A DNA stretch of 52,103 bases, counting the filler, from Sphacelaria rigidula (lineage: Eukaryota): assembly GCA_964200075.2 (NCBI GenBank). It is 3 parts of 3 records of this genome, joined end to end, with 100 filler letters (N's around TTAATTAATTAA, not from the genome) between each part and the next. Parts side by side here need not be neighbours in the genome. Positions count along the whole stretch, not along the records: positions 1 to 17,306 come from CAXNAA020001114.1; 2 more parts are not named here. One strand, 5' to 3'. Position numbers and translations under genes: made by a program. Position 1 is the stretch's first letter, and every line of letters starts with the position of its first letter. A model generated the notes under the pieces. That model did not search any database. It was not told where the DNA came from and was given only the letters and a program-made list of their open reading frames with translations. Below are positions 1 to 14,800 of this stretch, in pieces.

Positions 1-136
1 CAACAAGCTTGTTCGAACAACCGTTGCTGCTTTCAACGATCTGACTCGAAATTTCAAGCAACAAATGGCCCGAAATACCCCCCCCCCCTATCGTAGGATG
101 ACTCAAGTCTAAACCTCGTGTTCGCCGTTGCCGTAC

Positions 137-3100
137 CTGAGCAAAAGCGACACAACCCATGTGCTTGAGCGCAAGCAGAGAGTCTAGCAGTGCTTCACCG
201 ATACGCATCACATCCCTCTCGCCGAGCATCCAATTTCCACCGCTCTCCCCTTCCAATTGAGCAGTGTCTGCAAGTGATGGCGAGCTGCTCTCATCCGCGG
301 TGTCTGATCCTGCTGGTACCGAAGTTTCTCTAAATGAAAGCACGATTTTCACAGGGTGATCGTTTTCTATCAGCCGTGTCCTCTCAAGAAAAATACGCGT
401 TGTCTAGCAGCAGAGTGTTCCTGGTGAGCGTCGTCGCAGGTTTGGATTGCCGAACGAAGGGCAGGACTCTGAGTGATACTAACACTAGGCACTTGGTTCG
501 TAAGGGTCATTTCAACCCAAATTAATTGGTGAACATGGTAGGTGACCCTACACGGCGCGTGTGCAGCGGTACCGATCTTTACTACATTCCCTGTACAAGG
601 TGTACGGATTGCGCGCGCGTCGCCAGCTGTGAGAAATGTACACATGCTACTGCTGCATGCGGCACGCTCAAGTTGTTCACTTTCGGATAAAGCATTTCCC
701 CTCTTCTATAGCTACAGGAAGAGATAAGCCAACCCCTGCAGTACCTGCAGTACCTGCTGTGCCGTGGCTGGAAGAGGGCGGTATGCCACAAGTAGTAACG
801 ATGGTCGCCAAACATCGACAGCTCTCCTTCGCTAGCAGCCATGCTCCCACCACAGCTCGCTGTCCTTCCGCAGCTCCCGAACTCTGTCCAGTCTCACCCT
901 CTACCAACTTCTCGCTCCCGTCATTAGGGCCACTGCCTTGATTTGGATGTAGCCGCGGCTGCTGAGCGCCAGTGGCTTCACCTTCTGTTGATGTGTTGCT
1001 TTTCGATGACGCGGCATCCTTCGATGATGATAAATCCATCCCGACTCTCGACGACGATGCGGCCATGATGCGTCTGCGGTGGTCAAAGGCTATCCCTCCC
1101 ATGTGCCCATTGGCGTTTACGCTACGCGAAGATCTGCCTGCAGATGCGACCGCATGAATTGCTGTCTTATGCGCACCCTCGGCTTGGTCACTACCTATTC
1201 CACGTTCTGCAACACTTCCTACCGATGCGGAGGTATCACCAGAGGGAGCGCACTCCGGGCCTACATCTCCACCAGGTTCCGGCTGTTGCTGTTGCGCATT
1301 GTCAAAAACGAAGCTGGACGATTCAAAATTGTGTTCGCCCACAATCAGTAACGATAATTGGAGCGCGCGCAACGCCTGGTTAAGTAATAGAATCATCACC
1401 TCATGCCATCCACGTGCCTGCCGGTCTACGACCTTCTTTCGAGGTCTATCAGGGACACCCGGAGCCGCTTTTACTTCCGGACTCAGATTTCGCTCCACCT
1501 GCTTTGGTGTACCTTCGTTTTTCCGTGGTTCGTTGGAGCCCGACTCCATTGTTGAGTCAAGCAGCACGTGGTGTATCGCGAGAAGGATGCCGTGCGGAAA
1601 TAGGGTGGATTCCAGGGAGACAGCCAGGGGTGTCGATGTTGTCGATGGTGATGTGGACGGGCGTTGCACACTATCTAGCAGCGCGTTGAAGGAGCGCTCA
1701 ATGCCGTCCACCCTGATTGTCGAAGCCGTGAAACGTTGGCATGGATTGGCATGTTGGTCACACGTGTGCAGCCACTATGAATGTGTTACACACCACATGG
1801 GAGTACACGTGCTTCTGAAGGTGTGGTGGCGCTGCACTGTAAGATATCTATCCAAACATACCGCCGTGCTGAAAGCACCAGCGACTACCAGCAGGCACGC
1901 GATGCTGATGGCCCCGGTTAATGATGGGCAAACCGCATTCGTGGTTTGTACAGGAGACGCAAGTACAACGCCGCACGGTGCGGTGGGGAGACACTCTGCA
2001 ATTAATGGATTTCTCACCTGTGCGTCAAAACAGAGCACAGTCCTCCCAAGAACTTAACGGGCGCGCCACCTTCAGCCGTCTCCGCACGTCCCCCACATAC
2101 CTCGCTTCCCCCTACGGCAACCTCGTCCTTTACTTGCTTCAATTCGGACAACAATAAAGACACATCTAGGTCCAATCCACAGACAGAAGAGATGTACACC
2201 AGACGCAGGATCAAGGCTCCGCGTTCGCTCTCCCGTTGCCGACCGCTGCCGCTCAAGCGCAGTCCTTCTTGATACAACCTGGCGTTTTCAGTGTTGATCA
2301 ATGACGGGACAAGCGCGGGATAATAAAAAGTTGAGAGTAGGTTTGCAAGTGATGAGTTTAGCACAATTTTTTCGTCTTATTCTTGCGGCGTGGGTATACG
2401 TCGTTTACACACAAAATTGGGTATGCGAAGACATGTTGGTCCTTGAGACGACGAGAGCTGGTCATCTGGCGAATCGGCATCAACTTCACTTGAAAAAAAT
2501 ATGCGTGGTCCAGATGGACTACCCTCGCGGTTTAAGGTTCAAGATACCAGACCTTGTCGCCCAACGTTCAACACAAAACGTATTTTAAGGTAGGTTCACA
2601 GCTACACAAGAGGCCAGGAGGGAGGGGGTAAAGATGTATCGCGGTACTACTGCTTAAAAAAACCTTGAGTGTCGACACAAGTTCCGGTAAACATTTGGTC
2701 ACGAGCACTAGCGGCGTCACGCCAAACGATGGATACTAGCGCGACTACTACAAAGGCAATCTAGGAATCAAACTCGATACTGTATCTCAAAAATGACATA
2801 TCTATGTGCCCGTTGAAGTTCTCACCTGATGGCACCATCGCATCCGCCGTAGCCGGGGAGAGGTCGTGGAAATCGCGCCAATATGGAGTATGACAGAGAA
2901 CGAGTGCGGTCCCAGCTGCTTCCGAGAAGGGCAAGTAGAGTATCCGCCCACCGCCGGCAGAACAATTCGGACGACACCACCTGTGATGCAGAAAAATATT
3001 ATACAAGTAGCATCGCGTGCCCCACGGCAACTGAACGCCGTGATACCTTTGGCTGTCCGCGAATGCGTTGACCATGGTTGGAGTATTCTGTACTTGGTGG

Positions 3101-6100
3101 TATCGATACATGACCGGATTTATGCTTTTAACATGCGCTCGCCGTACGCACGACAGGACCAGAACACTTGACAACAGCGACAAAACGTTGGCGCGCGAAA
3201 ACGGGGAACGGTTCTTGAATCGAAAAAAACTTGGCCAAGGTATGGAGCTGCTAGACCTATTGTCTACTTCTTTCGGTGTCTTCACGGAAGGGATAGCTCG
3301 ATAGCTCAGAGATTTTCTCGGCAGTGGGCGACAAAGCGAAGTTGGCGACGATTACGATTGTTGTTCCAGCTGTATTTTAGAACAAACTACCTTGGCGAGA
3401 CGAGGTTCTCGTGCTTGTCGCCTTCCCTTTCCTTCCGACGGGAGAAGCTCAGATAGCACAAGCTGGAGAACCTCGAGACCCAGCACCTCTCGCTCGAACG
3501 GACAGCCGGGGTACAAGCTCTCCAGCACCACCTGGGTGGGTTTACACACGAAAAAACATACATTTGAACAGCATGCCATACAGAGCTACAATATCATCCG
3601 GAACACTGGGTGCATCAATAGCAGAAACAGCAGCCATTTAAGCAGACAAATTCCAAAAACAAGTCTCCTCTTTACTGAACACATAAAAGGAATTCGACGC
3701 CCTGTGTGTTACCCCTACCTTCGCGACGACAGGGGTCTTCATTACGACAGAGGCCGCAACCAAGTGACCATTGGCTGTTTCGTGGCTACCGCCGTATAGC
3801 GTGGACATAGCAAGACAATGTACGCAGCAAAAACACCCGGCGAAAAACGCCGTCCACTTACGCACGCACCTGACATAACCACCGCACCATGTCCTCCACG
3901 CGGTTGATTGTGTCTTTGGGCAACTCTTCTGCTTCTTTTCCGTCCCCAGCTGCCGCGCTTGCTGCTGTGCCGCCGTCGTTGGTAGCGTCACGCTTTCGCA
4001 GCCTTCTCTCATCCGACTGTTCTTTGGCGCAAACCCGCAGCGTTTCTCTCATTCGCGACAGCAAGATCTGCAGCAGTCGATGTTTGAAGGTAGGTGTCAA
4101 TTTCGACGCACTACAGGATTAGCGTGGGTATCCAGCAAGTTTCATAGACGTCCCGCCGGAGCATGCCATTCAGTGGAAATCTTCACAGCTGCTGCACCAC
4201 ACAGGACAAACTGGCGTTTCCCCGTACCCATTCTACGGCAGTCAGCAGTCACTTGCCTCTGACCTTTTCGTGTTTAATGATGTATGATGCAAACATTCCC
4301 GAACAAGTGTGCACGTGGAAATGAGCAAGACTGCGTGGTTTCGCTGAGAATTTGTCGACGCAACAATATGCCACCCATACTGCAAAAACATACCTTTACA
4401 CTTTTCGGCTCCAAACATAGCTGATCCAAGGGAACAGTTCCCGTTTTGAGCTTCCGACAGGCAGGAAGTTTCACACGAAATTGTTGTGCTATTAGCTTTT
4501 GCTGTTGATGCCTTTGGCGTTCGGTGATTGTTTTCTCTTCCGTGATGGCCGTCGGAAATCATATTCATGACAGCTAGCGCTAGCAGGAGGGCAAGCGGCT
4601 ATGATTAATAACATGGACACGTTTTACGACTTACCGTACTGTGGAGTATGTGCCTTGCCCAAGAATACAAGATATGGTGCGTCGTGTGAGCATCGTATGG
4701 CCAATCAAGAGAAGTTTACAGACAGGTTACGAACCGCACTCGGGTTTCATCACGTTCAGGAGCTGACGAATTTGATGGCATGTGACGTGTATCGTATCGT
4801 TGGGGAAGCTCTCTGTCAGGCGGATCTATTTCAACAATGACATTTTTTTTTCTTCATTTTCGCCTTGTTTCTCTGGTAAAATTCACCTTCATGATAAAAT
4901 ATTGTTTTTCCCTCAGTAGCTCAATGAGGCCTGATATTTTTTGTTCACGTCACGCTGAGGACATATCACCTGGAGGGACTCACTTAAATGTACATCCTTC
5001 TGATATCTTAACTCGGCGGATTTCGTCTTGCGGCGGTTTTCAACAGACTCGGCGACAATCTGCTTCCGGAGGGCCAGTAGGTGTGTTGTATCTACGAAAA
5101 CTGAGCACAGGATTGTGGAAAAGAAACCGGATTCGGATGAACATGCTGCATACACTCGGGTTGTCTTCTTTCCACAAAAAAAAGTGTAACGCAAAAAAAA
5201 ACGAGGTCGAAGTGCTTGAGAATCGCATACTATGCTTAATGAACGACTGTAACATATCACCTGCGTTTTTATGCGTGCACCTACGCTCTCAGCCTTTTGA
5301 GGAGAACATCGCCAGCGGACTGTAGCTGAAAGTCGTGGAATAGCATGGAGCTGTCTAGCCGAGATCAGCTTGTTACATATTTTTATCGAAGATTTTTATT
5401 TTATTTTTTCGAACAGAAGCGGTCCTCGAGAACGGCTTCTCAGAGACTAAAAAAACGGCCATCTCCCTCCAATCAACAATCCGAGACAGGATTCTGGTTC
5501 CTCTCGGCCATTCTATTCGCGGCAACATTGTTCCAAATCTCAAAAACAAACAAGAAAAAGTGCATGTGCCCTCGTTTGGAAATTTGCCTGAATGACCCAT
5601 TTTTTTGACATTAGTATCGAGCGATTGAAGTACAGACGTGCTAGTGGACGTCGGAGAGCAGACCACCAAACAGTTGAGCCGATACGAAAGGTGCAAGGGG
5701 TGGGGGTGCTGTCCTATGGCGCCGTAAGGTTGCAGCCAGGTCTCTGTGAGTCCATACATACTCAATCCTCCCTGGTCTCCCCTCTTCCGTAGATCTACGG
5801 TAGAATCTACGATGCACGACCAGGCACAACCCATAATCCATCCAAATATGCCACGACCATGCGCTCTGGGTAGCTACCCCTCGAGAGATTGACTGACACG
5901 TCTCTCTGGCGCTTGTTGATTCCCTACACTTCATGATGTTTTTTTTTTTTTTTTAGTCAGGACCGGTATTAGATCCACCTCACACTCTTCGTTTCTCCTT
6001 TCCGTTCCGTTCCGTTCCTTCCCCCCCTTTTTTGTTCGTCGTGTTGCTCGTGTTTTCCTGTTTGCTCTGGTATCTGCCAGTTCGTGTCTTCCTATATTTC

Positions 6101-7067
6101 TTCCGTTGCTCAAATTTGTGCAACTCCGTGTACCGGCTGCGAAAACGAAGGGTCAAGCATGATTGCAGCCACGTTCACCAGTCCACGGTTGCAAGATGCT
6201 CAGCAGACCTTGCACCTTCCGTCATTCACCATCTGATTACAGTGCCTACATAAAAGTGCCGCTAAATGATGAGAGTCACACCTGCAGCCCCCGTAAGAGA
6301 ACTTGTCTGTTCTGAGCGCCGTACACCTTGAGGCTGTGGGGCAGAACCTGTTCCGAGATGATGGATGGGCCGGAGGGACAGAGAAGCGGCGAGATCTACA
6401 GGTGTCGGCGACTAGAGCCCGACTACAGTATTTAGTCATTTATGTCGCAATCACAACGCACACAGCGTGTATGTACCAAGTAAGGGCCATGCCGTGACAC
6501 TGTGACACTGGTGTTACTATTCTCCCAGGACTTGAGACGTGACGTTGAGAAAATAAAACATCTGTCCAGCCCGTACACGGAGAGTCGCATGCAAAGGCTC
6601 TCATGGCACCTAACGTGACGAAAGAGTTCACCTCCCTGCTCACTCTACAGCAGAAATCAGTTTTGTTAGCATCTCACGGCTTTAAGGAGGCTTGTTTCGG
6701 CAGGAGACGGTACGGTGGTAATTCTAGGATCCGTGCAGAGGAGAGAAATCGCAGACATCCTCAGCGTCTCGTTCATGTGGAGCGCGCTCCATTCCACCTC
6801 TGAGCGCTCCAGCAACCCGGGTGTTCCTGTGTCGTGAGCACGCGGCCGTCAAAGCGTAACACGAGGTCCAACATCGTCATGGACTGCGGAATCAGCATTC
6901 GGCATCTGAACCAAAAAAGGGGGATGCGATGAACTTGGCTAGCTGCTGCACCTACGCTATCGAGATATCCCACGGTGTAGGGCGGGACATCAATCTTCCG
7001 AGCACCAATCTTTCCAAGTTACGAAAACGTCGGGCGAAATGCATGAACCACACAAAAAACCATTGTC

Positions 7068-7106
<39 letters not shown>

Positions 7107-8848
7107 TCCGCCCGTACGTCGACGAAAAGTGGTAACATAACATTTTCAAGAGATGACTACTCGGGCGCATTAGAGCCGTGAAGAGAAAAAATCTCACGGC
7201 GTGAAAATCTCACGTGTAGATGCGCCAGGTTGCAAGTTGCAAGCGCTTCCAGTAGATATGACGGCGACTCCCTTCATTGCCCCAGATTTGCGAGCGTGAC
7301 GCGCGACCTGTTCGGCAGACGGGTCGGGGGAACAACGAGCCATGATCGCCGCGGAGCTGATGGAAGACGTGGTGAACACGCACCATGGTGATAATGAATC
7401 GCACACGTATTATTGGTGCCTCGGCAAACGGCGTGATCAGGTATATCTCAATTGCCTCGGCAAACGGAGTTCTGGGCCTGGCGACCTTCATTGGTGCACG
7501 GCGCTATATCAAAATCGTCAAAGTCGTCAAGCCTGGTGCATTATTCACCAAGCCAGACAAACTACCTTAAAAAAACTCATACAAACGGTGGAAGCCCGCT
7601 TTTGACAACGACATGTGGAGAAGGCCGACGAAAACGGGTAGTTCTATGCAGGAAAAACGAAAAGAGAATGTTCGCCGAAACACCTTATAATCAACAGCTC
7701 AATTTCTGCCTACACGGCCGTTAGGCCGCAGCTCCAACTCACGGTGGTACAAACGCACATCGGTGACACGGTAGTACCGGCGGCTGAGATCTAGAAGTGC
7801 CTTCAAAGGTGTGTGTTGGGTTTCAATCGTGAGAGAGATGCCCCAATCTTGCGGTTGGGGTCGTTTGGAAATCCTCCATACGCGTGATTGGAAATAATAT
7901 AAACGAAGAAATCCATTTTTGCACTTTTTCGGATACGCAAAGAGTTTCATCGAACTCTGGTGCCAAACTTGAGGATTGACAGATGCAAGGACGCTCCAAA
8001 CTTCCCGAAAGCAATACCGTGTCCACGGTCAAGTATGAACACCTCGCGGGCTTAGGGAGCGTCGGGAGTGCCACCGCTTCTCCTCTCGGTTTCACCGTTT
8101 CGAAATTTCGATTGATTGAATTTATCCCGATTTTGGAAACTGAGTATTTCTACGAAAATAAAAAGTCGATTTCAAGCAGTTCATTGCGCTAAAACCGAAA
8201 AAACATTGTTTCCCTCCGTCTTCGCATAATCTGAAATGTGAAATGCTCACCACCGTATCTTGACCCAAAAAGCACTTGCTCAGCTGTAGCGCATTTAAAT
8301 TGTCCAAAAACGTTGAAAACTCCTTCATCAGGCTGTTCATTTTCATTATCGGAGCGGACTCGATAAATCGGAAATCGAAGAGTCAAACGCTGGGGTGGGA
8401 GAAACAGCAAGGCCCCCGACAGGGTTGTGGCTCGTTCAAAATAAACTGTGGAAACACCGGCATTTTCAGAATTTGTGCGGAGTCCGCGTAAATGCATATC
8501 CCCGAAGATGGGGAACAACAGTCGATTCTGATGGGTCACTGTACCTGAAAAATCACGAATTAAACGAGCTTTCATGTGTTCGTCTGCGTGTACAATACTG
8601 CAGCGTCTCATACCCCAGCGTGCGCCATTGAGCTGCTCACGACGATGGTAAGCGCATGCTGTAATTGCTGTGCAAAGTACGGCACGAAACAGCATCCATT
8701 TTTTTTTTTTTTCTGTAACGACTTGGTTTGCTATGTTTTTTCCTGTTCCTTTTTTTCTTCAGAGCGTGTTTCAGTTTCCTTTTTGTTGGGTACGTCCATC
8801 ACGAGACCACGGCTGGATCATGACCCCTGGGGGGTCACTTAAAGTACG

Positions 8849-8893
<45 letters not shown>

Positions 8894-11800
8894 GAAAGAA
8901 AGACAACTGCCGCAACAAAGCATCCAAGTGTCGGACAAATTAACGATTCGTCTGGAATTTACTCGATTCTACTGTGATTTATTCGTACCGTACGAATCAA
9001 TCCTTAGGCTTTGTTTTCAGCGTTGCAACCCGGGTACGCGCAGCCCAGGCACGTGGAATGGCGCGAAAATTGCGTGGAGACCTTTGTGAGCAGCGGTCAA
9101 CTTGTTTCTCCGTTTTGAGCAATCAGGTCTGAAAAATTGTGGATTTGGTGATTCGAACCGTGAAAGCATCCCACCAGAAAAAATCCATCTCTTGACAAAA
9201 TAAAATCACGGTTTTTTCTGTCCGGGCGATTTCGGACCATCAAACTGACCGTCTATATTGAACTCGAGATATTTTTTCACGCGTACTGATAAAAATATTC
9301 AGTTTTTGATAGATGGACTCCTCGGGTTCTAAAAGGATACGGAACGCGCTTGGTTCACTGTGTTCGCCTCAACTGCTCATGCGGAAGGGTAACAATCGGC
9401 TTGTGTTCCGGTTCCCATAGAGCAGGCTCCCACCGAGAGCAATATACCATGTACCATGTGGAAAGTGGCATAAAAATGGACTTTCATCGTGATATTCGCA
9501 CGGCCCGAAAAAAATCACTCTAACGCTTCCTCACCTCTCCTTCGTGTGAAGGTATTAATGCCAGGGTCAGGGTCAGGGTTAGGGTGCCACTTTGGGGTGG
9601 ATGGAGTGTCGCCTGTAGCGAGTTTTCGGGCGCCAAAGCTTTCCGACTATTGTCCACGATTTCGAACTTGGTATTACTCCATGCAATCGTGCATGGGGAA
9701 CTCTGCATGATTCTCAACACAATTCAATACTCGGAGGTTCGCACCGTGTTTCTAACTTGGAAATATCAACCAGGTTTCGTGTTCTGCCGAAGCATACGTA
9801 GCCTACATAGTTCTATGCCAACGTTCACTCGGATGTAGTACTGTTTGAACAGAGGATTGATATCAGTGTGAGAGTTGGGTCCGGCCGTAGAAATTCGAGC
9901 GTCAGAATCGTCCCATTTGTTCGAGTTGGTGAAATCAGATACACCTTACGGTATAAGCAGGTGCAGCTTCCGCAAGAAACGACGGAATGCTGCCGTGAAG
10001 GTCTAGAAAAACAACTGGAATAGCGTTGCATGAGGCTGTCGATGCCGAGATCAGTTAGTCGGCTGCTTTGAATGACCCGACGGCCGAACATTGAATGTTG
10101 GGTGGAAGATACCAAGTCGTAGGTGTATCTATTTCGGCGCACAAGCGTCCGGGGTATATCTGATTGCGTCGTCTGGCCATCGTACTAGTGCGCCGCAATC
10201 ACAAGTGGGTCGTGCAAAAGCACCGTTGTAATGCGCAGAAGTTGTGAACAATCGTGTCGATGACGTTCCCGCGATCATGACCTATATTCGCCATGAATCG
10301 CACAGAAGGCGTATTGGCAAAGCGCTGCAAATGAAGCGCACACAAGGCACATGTCGATCACACATGTCGATCACACACGTCCATCACCGTGATCCGCCGG
10401 TACACGCACGAATGTCTGCAGCATGCTGATAATAGACGGAGAGCTACTGGGAGCTACAGGCACCCTTCAGCAGGCTTTGGGAGGAGCCGCCCTGGGGTCT
10501 GCCATATTCCATCCAAATATTCACGTTGAAAAACTATGTCGCGCACGAGTAGCAAGCAAGCCACCGTCGCGCTTGCCGAAGCGGCGTGTAGCAATCGCTA
10601 CACATTGATGAGAACAAAACCGGTATGTAGCCGGGTAGAGCGCTGGTGAACTAACCGTGAACACCGGGGGGAACGTCTTCAAAAGTTTTTCTGTCCTACA
10701 CGTGAATGAGCTTGTTGGGAAACGTACCATGTTCTGCGACGGAAAAAAGTCTGGGATGTCGCAGGGGTCAACTACAGTTGACAAGAGCCTGAGCAACAAA
10801 CCAACAAGTGCATCGTCGACGCCACACCTACCCCAGCGCACATCTCTGACCCAGGCACGTGCATGATTTGCACTTTCCATATTATGTTGATTTGGCAAAT
10901 CAGTACCTCGAGCATGGCCCAAACACAGCACACTTCAGGTTCCATAGCGCTCCCTTCCACGCCAAGAATTTCCACTGCCATGTCGCTGCCACGTTTGGTG
11001 CGGTTCTGGAGCCGTGACAACCTCTCGCGAAGCTCGTGAAACAGGCTCACGACGCTACCAGGATCGAGCTTAAACACCTGCAAGCAGGCAAGGACGCGCG
11101 GGAATCACGATGGACAATGACCATTGATCAGCGAATAGTGCGAAACGTAGGGTTGTTCATTTTTTTCATTCCTTCGGTGCTGCGGAGTATTTATGAACAA
11201 GTGGCCTAAGGTGCCGTGGCCAAGGGAAGTACCCTAAGGTACACTACTCTCAGCTAAACGAATCGATACACGAGCCAGGTGCAGGTGTGCAATAATGCAA
11301 AGAAACCCCCAACGTACAAGAAATATCTGTGACAGCCAACAATCCGTTAGGGCTAGGGTTAGGGTTAGGGTTAGGGTTAGGGTTAGGACAACGACAACGA
11401 CAACACCAGGACGATGACTGTTCGAGGGCGGAGACTTCCAACTTCGACAACAAGTGCCGCAGACTCATACAACGTTTCAAAGGCAAATACGGGTCTAAGG
11501 TTCCCGAATATGTTGTACAGCGCGCTGTCCCTCCGTGCCAACCAATGAGACGACCCTTGCCACGTGAAGCAAAGCGAGGGGTACGAATCAACAGTTCACC
11601 TCCGGCAGAAGGTAGGCAGCAACCCGCCCCCTTGACCACGAGTCCTCCTGGATCAGCGCGTCGGCCGCAGGCCCCACCCACCAACGCCGACACAAGTACA
11701 CTGCTGTGTCTTGACCTGGAAGGGTTGATGCAGACCTATCTTCCGCAGACCTATCTTCCGCGGACTTAAGCTGGCGAAAATCAGAATAAAATGCCCCCAG

Positions 11801-14800
11801 CGGAGAAGGGGGTTAAAGGCAAATCTTGGAATGAATGCGGTGTTTTCGTATCCAACATCAACACATCTCCCGTACTTCATACCTCTCCAGAATTTCACGC
11901 TGGAGGTGGTCCTAGGCGTCATCTACATGGGACGGCCGCAAAACGATTTTTCACAACAAGGAACATATACCACTGCTCAAGTCTAGAAAGTGGACTATCC
12001 CTTGGTAAGCTGTCTCGCTATAGAAACACTGTGACATTGGATTCGTGCTGCAACAAAAGCTACCAGCCCAGAAGGTGCAGTTGGCCATCATGCGCACGCA
12101 CATATCCACGGGGTCAACCGTCGAACTGAGCAGCATTCGGGGGTCGATCATCCAGAAGCATTCGCACGTGAACATCGACTTCTCCTTAGAAATGGAATAT
12201 TGCATACATGGGCCTCAAACGAGCTGCTTTGCGGGCCGAGGACCAAGTTCGGCAGGCAAAAGCTGTACCTCCTGAGTCGCCGCGGTGATTAGCTGCAACA
12301 AAAAAGATGTGGCATGACCCGACACGTTTCCCCGAGCACCGACTGCCCACACAAGCTCATCCACAAGCGGCGGACCCAGCTCTAAGAGTCGCAGCGCCCC
12401 AACCCTCGGTAGCAGAACCGTTAGCGCGATATATCGAGCCTTGCTCGACACTGAGAACACAAAACAGAAAGGAGGACAAGAAAGAGCATGCGACAAAGCC
12501 ACGAACAAAAAACAGGGGAAAATTCACGAGAACCAAACCAAGACAAGAGCAGGACAGCGGTGAGGAAAACAAAGAATCATACGCCAAAAACCGAATGGGG
12601 CAAAAAACGCGTCGCTTCCTCGTCTCAATACTCCCGGGTCAACACCCGTTAAAATTGCACGGAGGGGGGGGGTATGGATGCTGAAGGCACATTGTCGATG
12701 AAAAGGAACGGGGGGGGGGGGGGGGGGGGGTTTCTTTTTGTTGGGCGCTTTTTTTGTTTGTCTGTTGGCGGCCCTTTTTTTTGGGGGGGGGGNNNNNNNN
12801 NNGAGGGTGTGGGATGTTGGTGTGTGGGTGGGTTGGGGGGGGGGGGGGGGGGGGGGGCGTTCTCATTTGTTGGTCGCCTTTGTCGTTTGACCGTTGACCG
12901 CGCATTCCTTTCGGGACGGAGCAATGAGGGGCGAGTCTCTCCGTTCCGGCACAACATTCCTAACTTTCGCTCTAGCGAAAATGAGGTACTCGAACTACAA
13001 GCAATTCAAAACTTCGAGGCTGTCAGACGTAGGCACTCGTCTCAACTGGACGTGACTCATGTCACTGAAAACTACAGTACAGCAAGACTCGTAGTGGGGA
13101 TGTACAATATTTTAGGAGCCCTGGCAATTGATGGCCATGAATCAGAGAAAGAGAATTAGAAAGGGACGTAGGGGATGGTGCTGGAGCAAGCTAGACACCG
13201 AATCAATTTAGACATCTGCAAGGGTTTGGCGATAAAGAGAACCTGCCGAGGCATTTCGCATTTTCAACGCGGTGGCCACACGTCCCTCCACTACCTCCAA
13301 CCGATTCTCCAAAGTCGCGGTCGATGGATGCTCTCTGCTTGTAAGCAGCTACTTCGCGCACCTGATTGGCTCAGCACTCGCCCCACGAGACGTTCCCACT
13401 CGTCGTTCCGCCCTGCACGTACCGTCCCCGAGAGTTCACGTGCGAGCTGGCGACAAGACGCGGTACAGCGACGCGACTCAGCGTGAGATGCTCACCACGA
13501 GAGAACGCACGCACCTCAAGCAAGGATCTGATTGCATTGGCTATATTCCGCCGACGCACCATCATGGCGATCGCCACGTGCTCGGAACACTTGCCCTTAC
13601 AGGGAGGGGCGTCAAGGAGTGGTCTCTATACTGGCGATATCTACTCAGTCGATAGTCGTACAGACCGCTGGCGCCGAAGGTGCTACTGTACTTGCCTCTG
13701 CAGGCGCCATTCCTTCAGGAAGAAGCACATTCAAATCATATGAACGGAGCCATGGCGGAAAGAGTAGAGAGGGTTTCGCTACCAATCCGACCTTGAGAAG
13801 AGAAGCAAAGGTATAATCCGTTGGGTGGGAAAACTGTAGTGCCGAGCTATGTAGTAAGGACAAAGTTTCAGTCGACGACAACCGAGACTCGGAAACAACG
13901 AAACCACACCTACTCTAGTCGATCACGCCATAACCAAAACCCATCAGGATCAATGCATGTGCCTATTAATGGGGTACATATCAAACCGAACTCTCACTCA
14001 TCGGCCATCACAAACAACATCCTACTAGGGCTAGCTTGCAGCACTTGAACCAAGTGCCTTCTTGCACCCGGTTTGTTTCGTTCGTCGCACCTGCCGGAGG
14101 TGTATCACGTGTTCCAACAACACCGGTGCGATGGACGACACCAACTTCGATGGATGCACCAAAGCGCTCATGGCAACCTCCATCACCTCCACCAGCGCCT
14201 GGCCAAGATCGGAATGATGTACATCACGGTCCTGGTTGCTCCCTGGCAGCGCTTCCGTGGAGCTTAATTGCTGCTTCATGGAAAGATCACTCTCTACTAG
14301 GGTTTTGGAGATTCCACACCATGCTTCGAGGACCTGCGGTTGATTCACATGTTCCACCATGGTTACAGACTCCAAATTAATTGTGTGTGTTACGATCAAT
14401 ACAAATTAGTGCATTTCACCCTGTAAGCACCAACAGACCGCTCATGGTGCAACACAGATCAGTCCGATCGAAAGTTCGTTGTGAATCTCGACTAACTCGT
14501 CTCTAGTTAGTACACGCGAGGTTCTAGGAAGGAGCCTTGATAGTCGAAGTTGAACTTCTCGCGACCAAGATTTGTGAGCTGATTGTCTACTAGGGTGGAC
14601 TTCTGCGACGGATGGCCATTAATATCAAGAGCTTGTCCTTCTCGAGATACGCCAACACTCAAGTCCGAAAACCTTCATATACTGACTTGCAGCCCCAAAA
14701 AGCGAAGCTGCAGCGCGCTGTTCGCTCCACACCACTGCAGTATCTCCCGCAATACAGGTCCGGTCAGTAAGCACTTTCCGCCGTCTTCGTTGGTCTCTTC

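Noticed and set aside
1299..2057. 252-aa plus-strand ORF
   Set aside because: It is largely the antisense shadow of the long THADA exon 681-1712 and has no motif support.
7407..7470. Short direct repeat tgcctcggcaaacgg, two copies
   Set aside because: There are only two copies in an intron with no further structure, so it is probably a local duplication or repeat relic.
12660..12860. Poly-G tracts as poly-Gly/Pro coding or G-quadruplex elements (also 34810-34910, 37645-37695, 39995-40050)
   Set aside because: They are homopolymer-inflated, mostly gap-adjacent sequence typical of read-quality collapse, so true length and sequence are unreliable.
14334..14420. Upstream extension of the THADA exon from the acceptor at 14421
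   Set aside because: It contains an in-frame TAA. The acceptor at 14334 gives the clean join FLGLQ|VLEAWCG.
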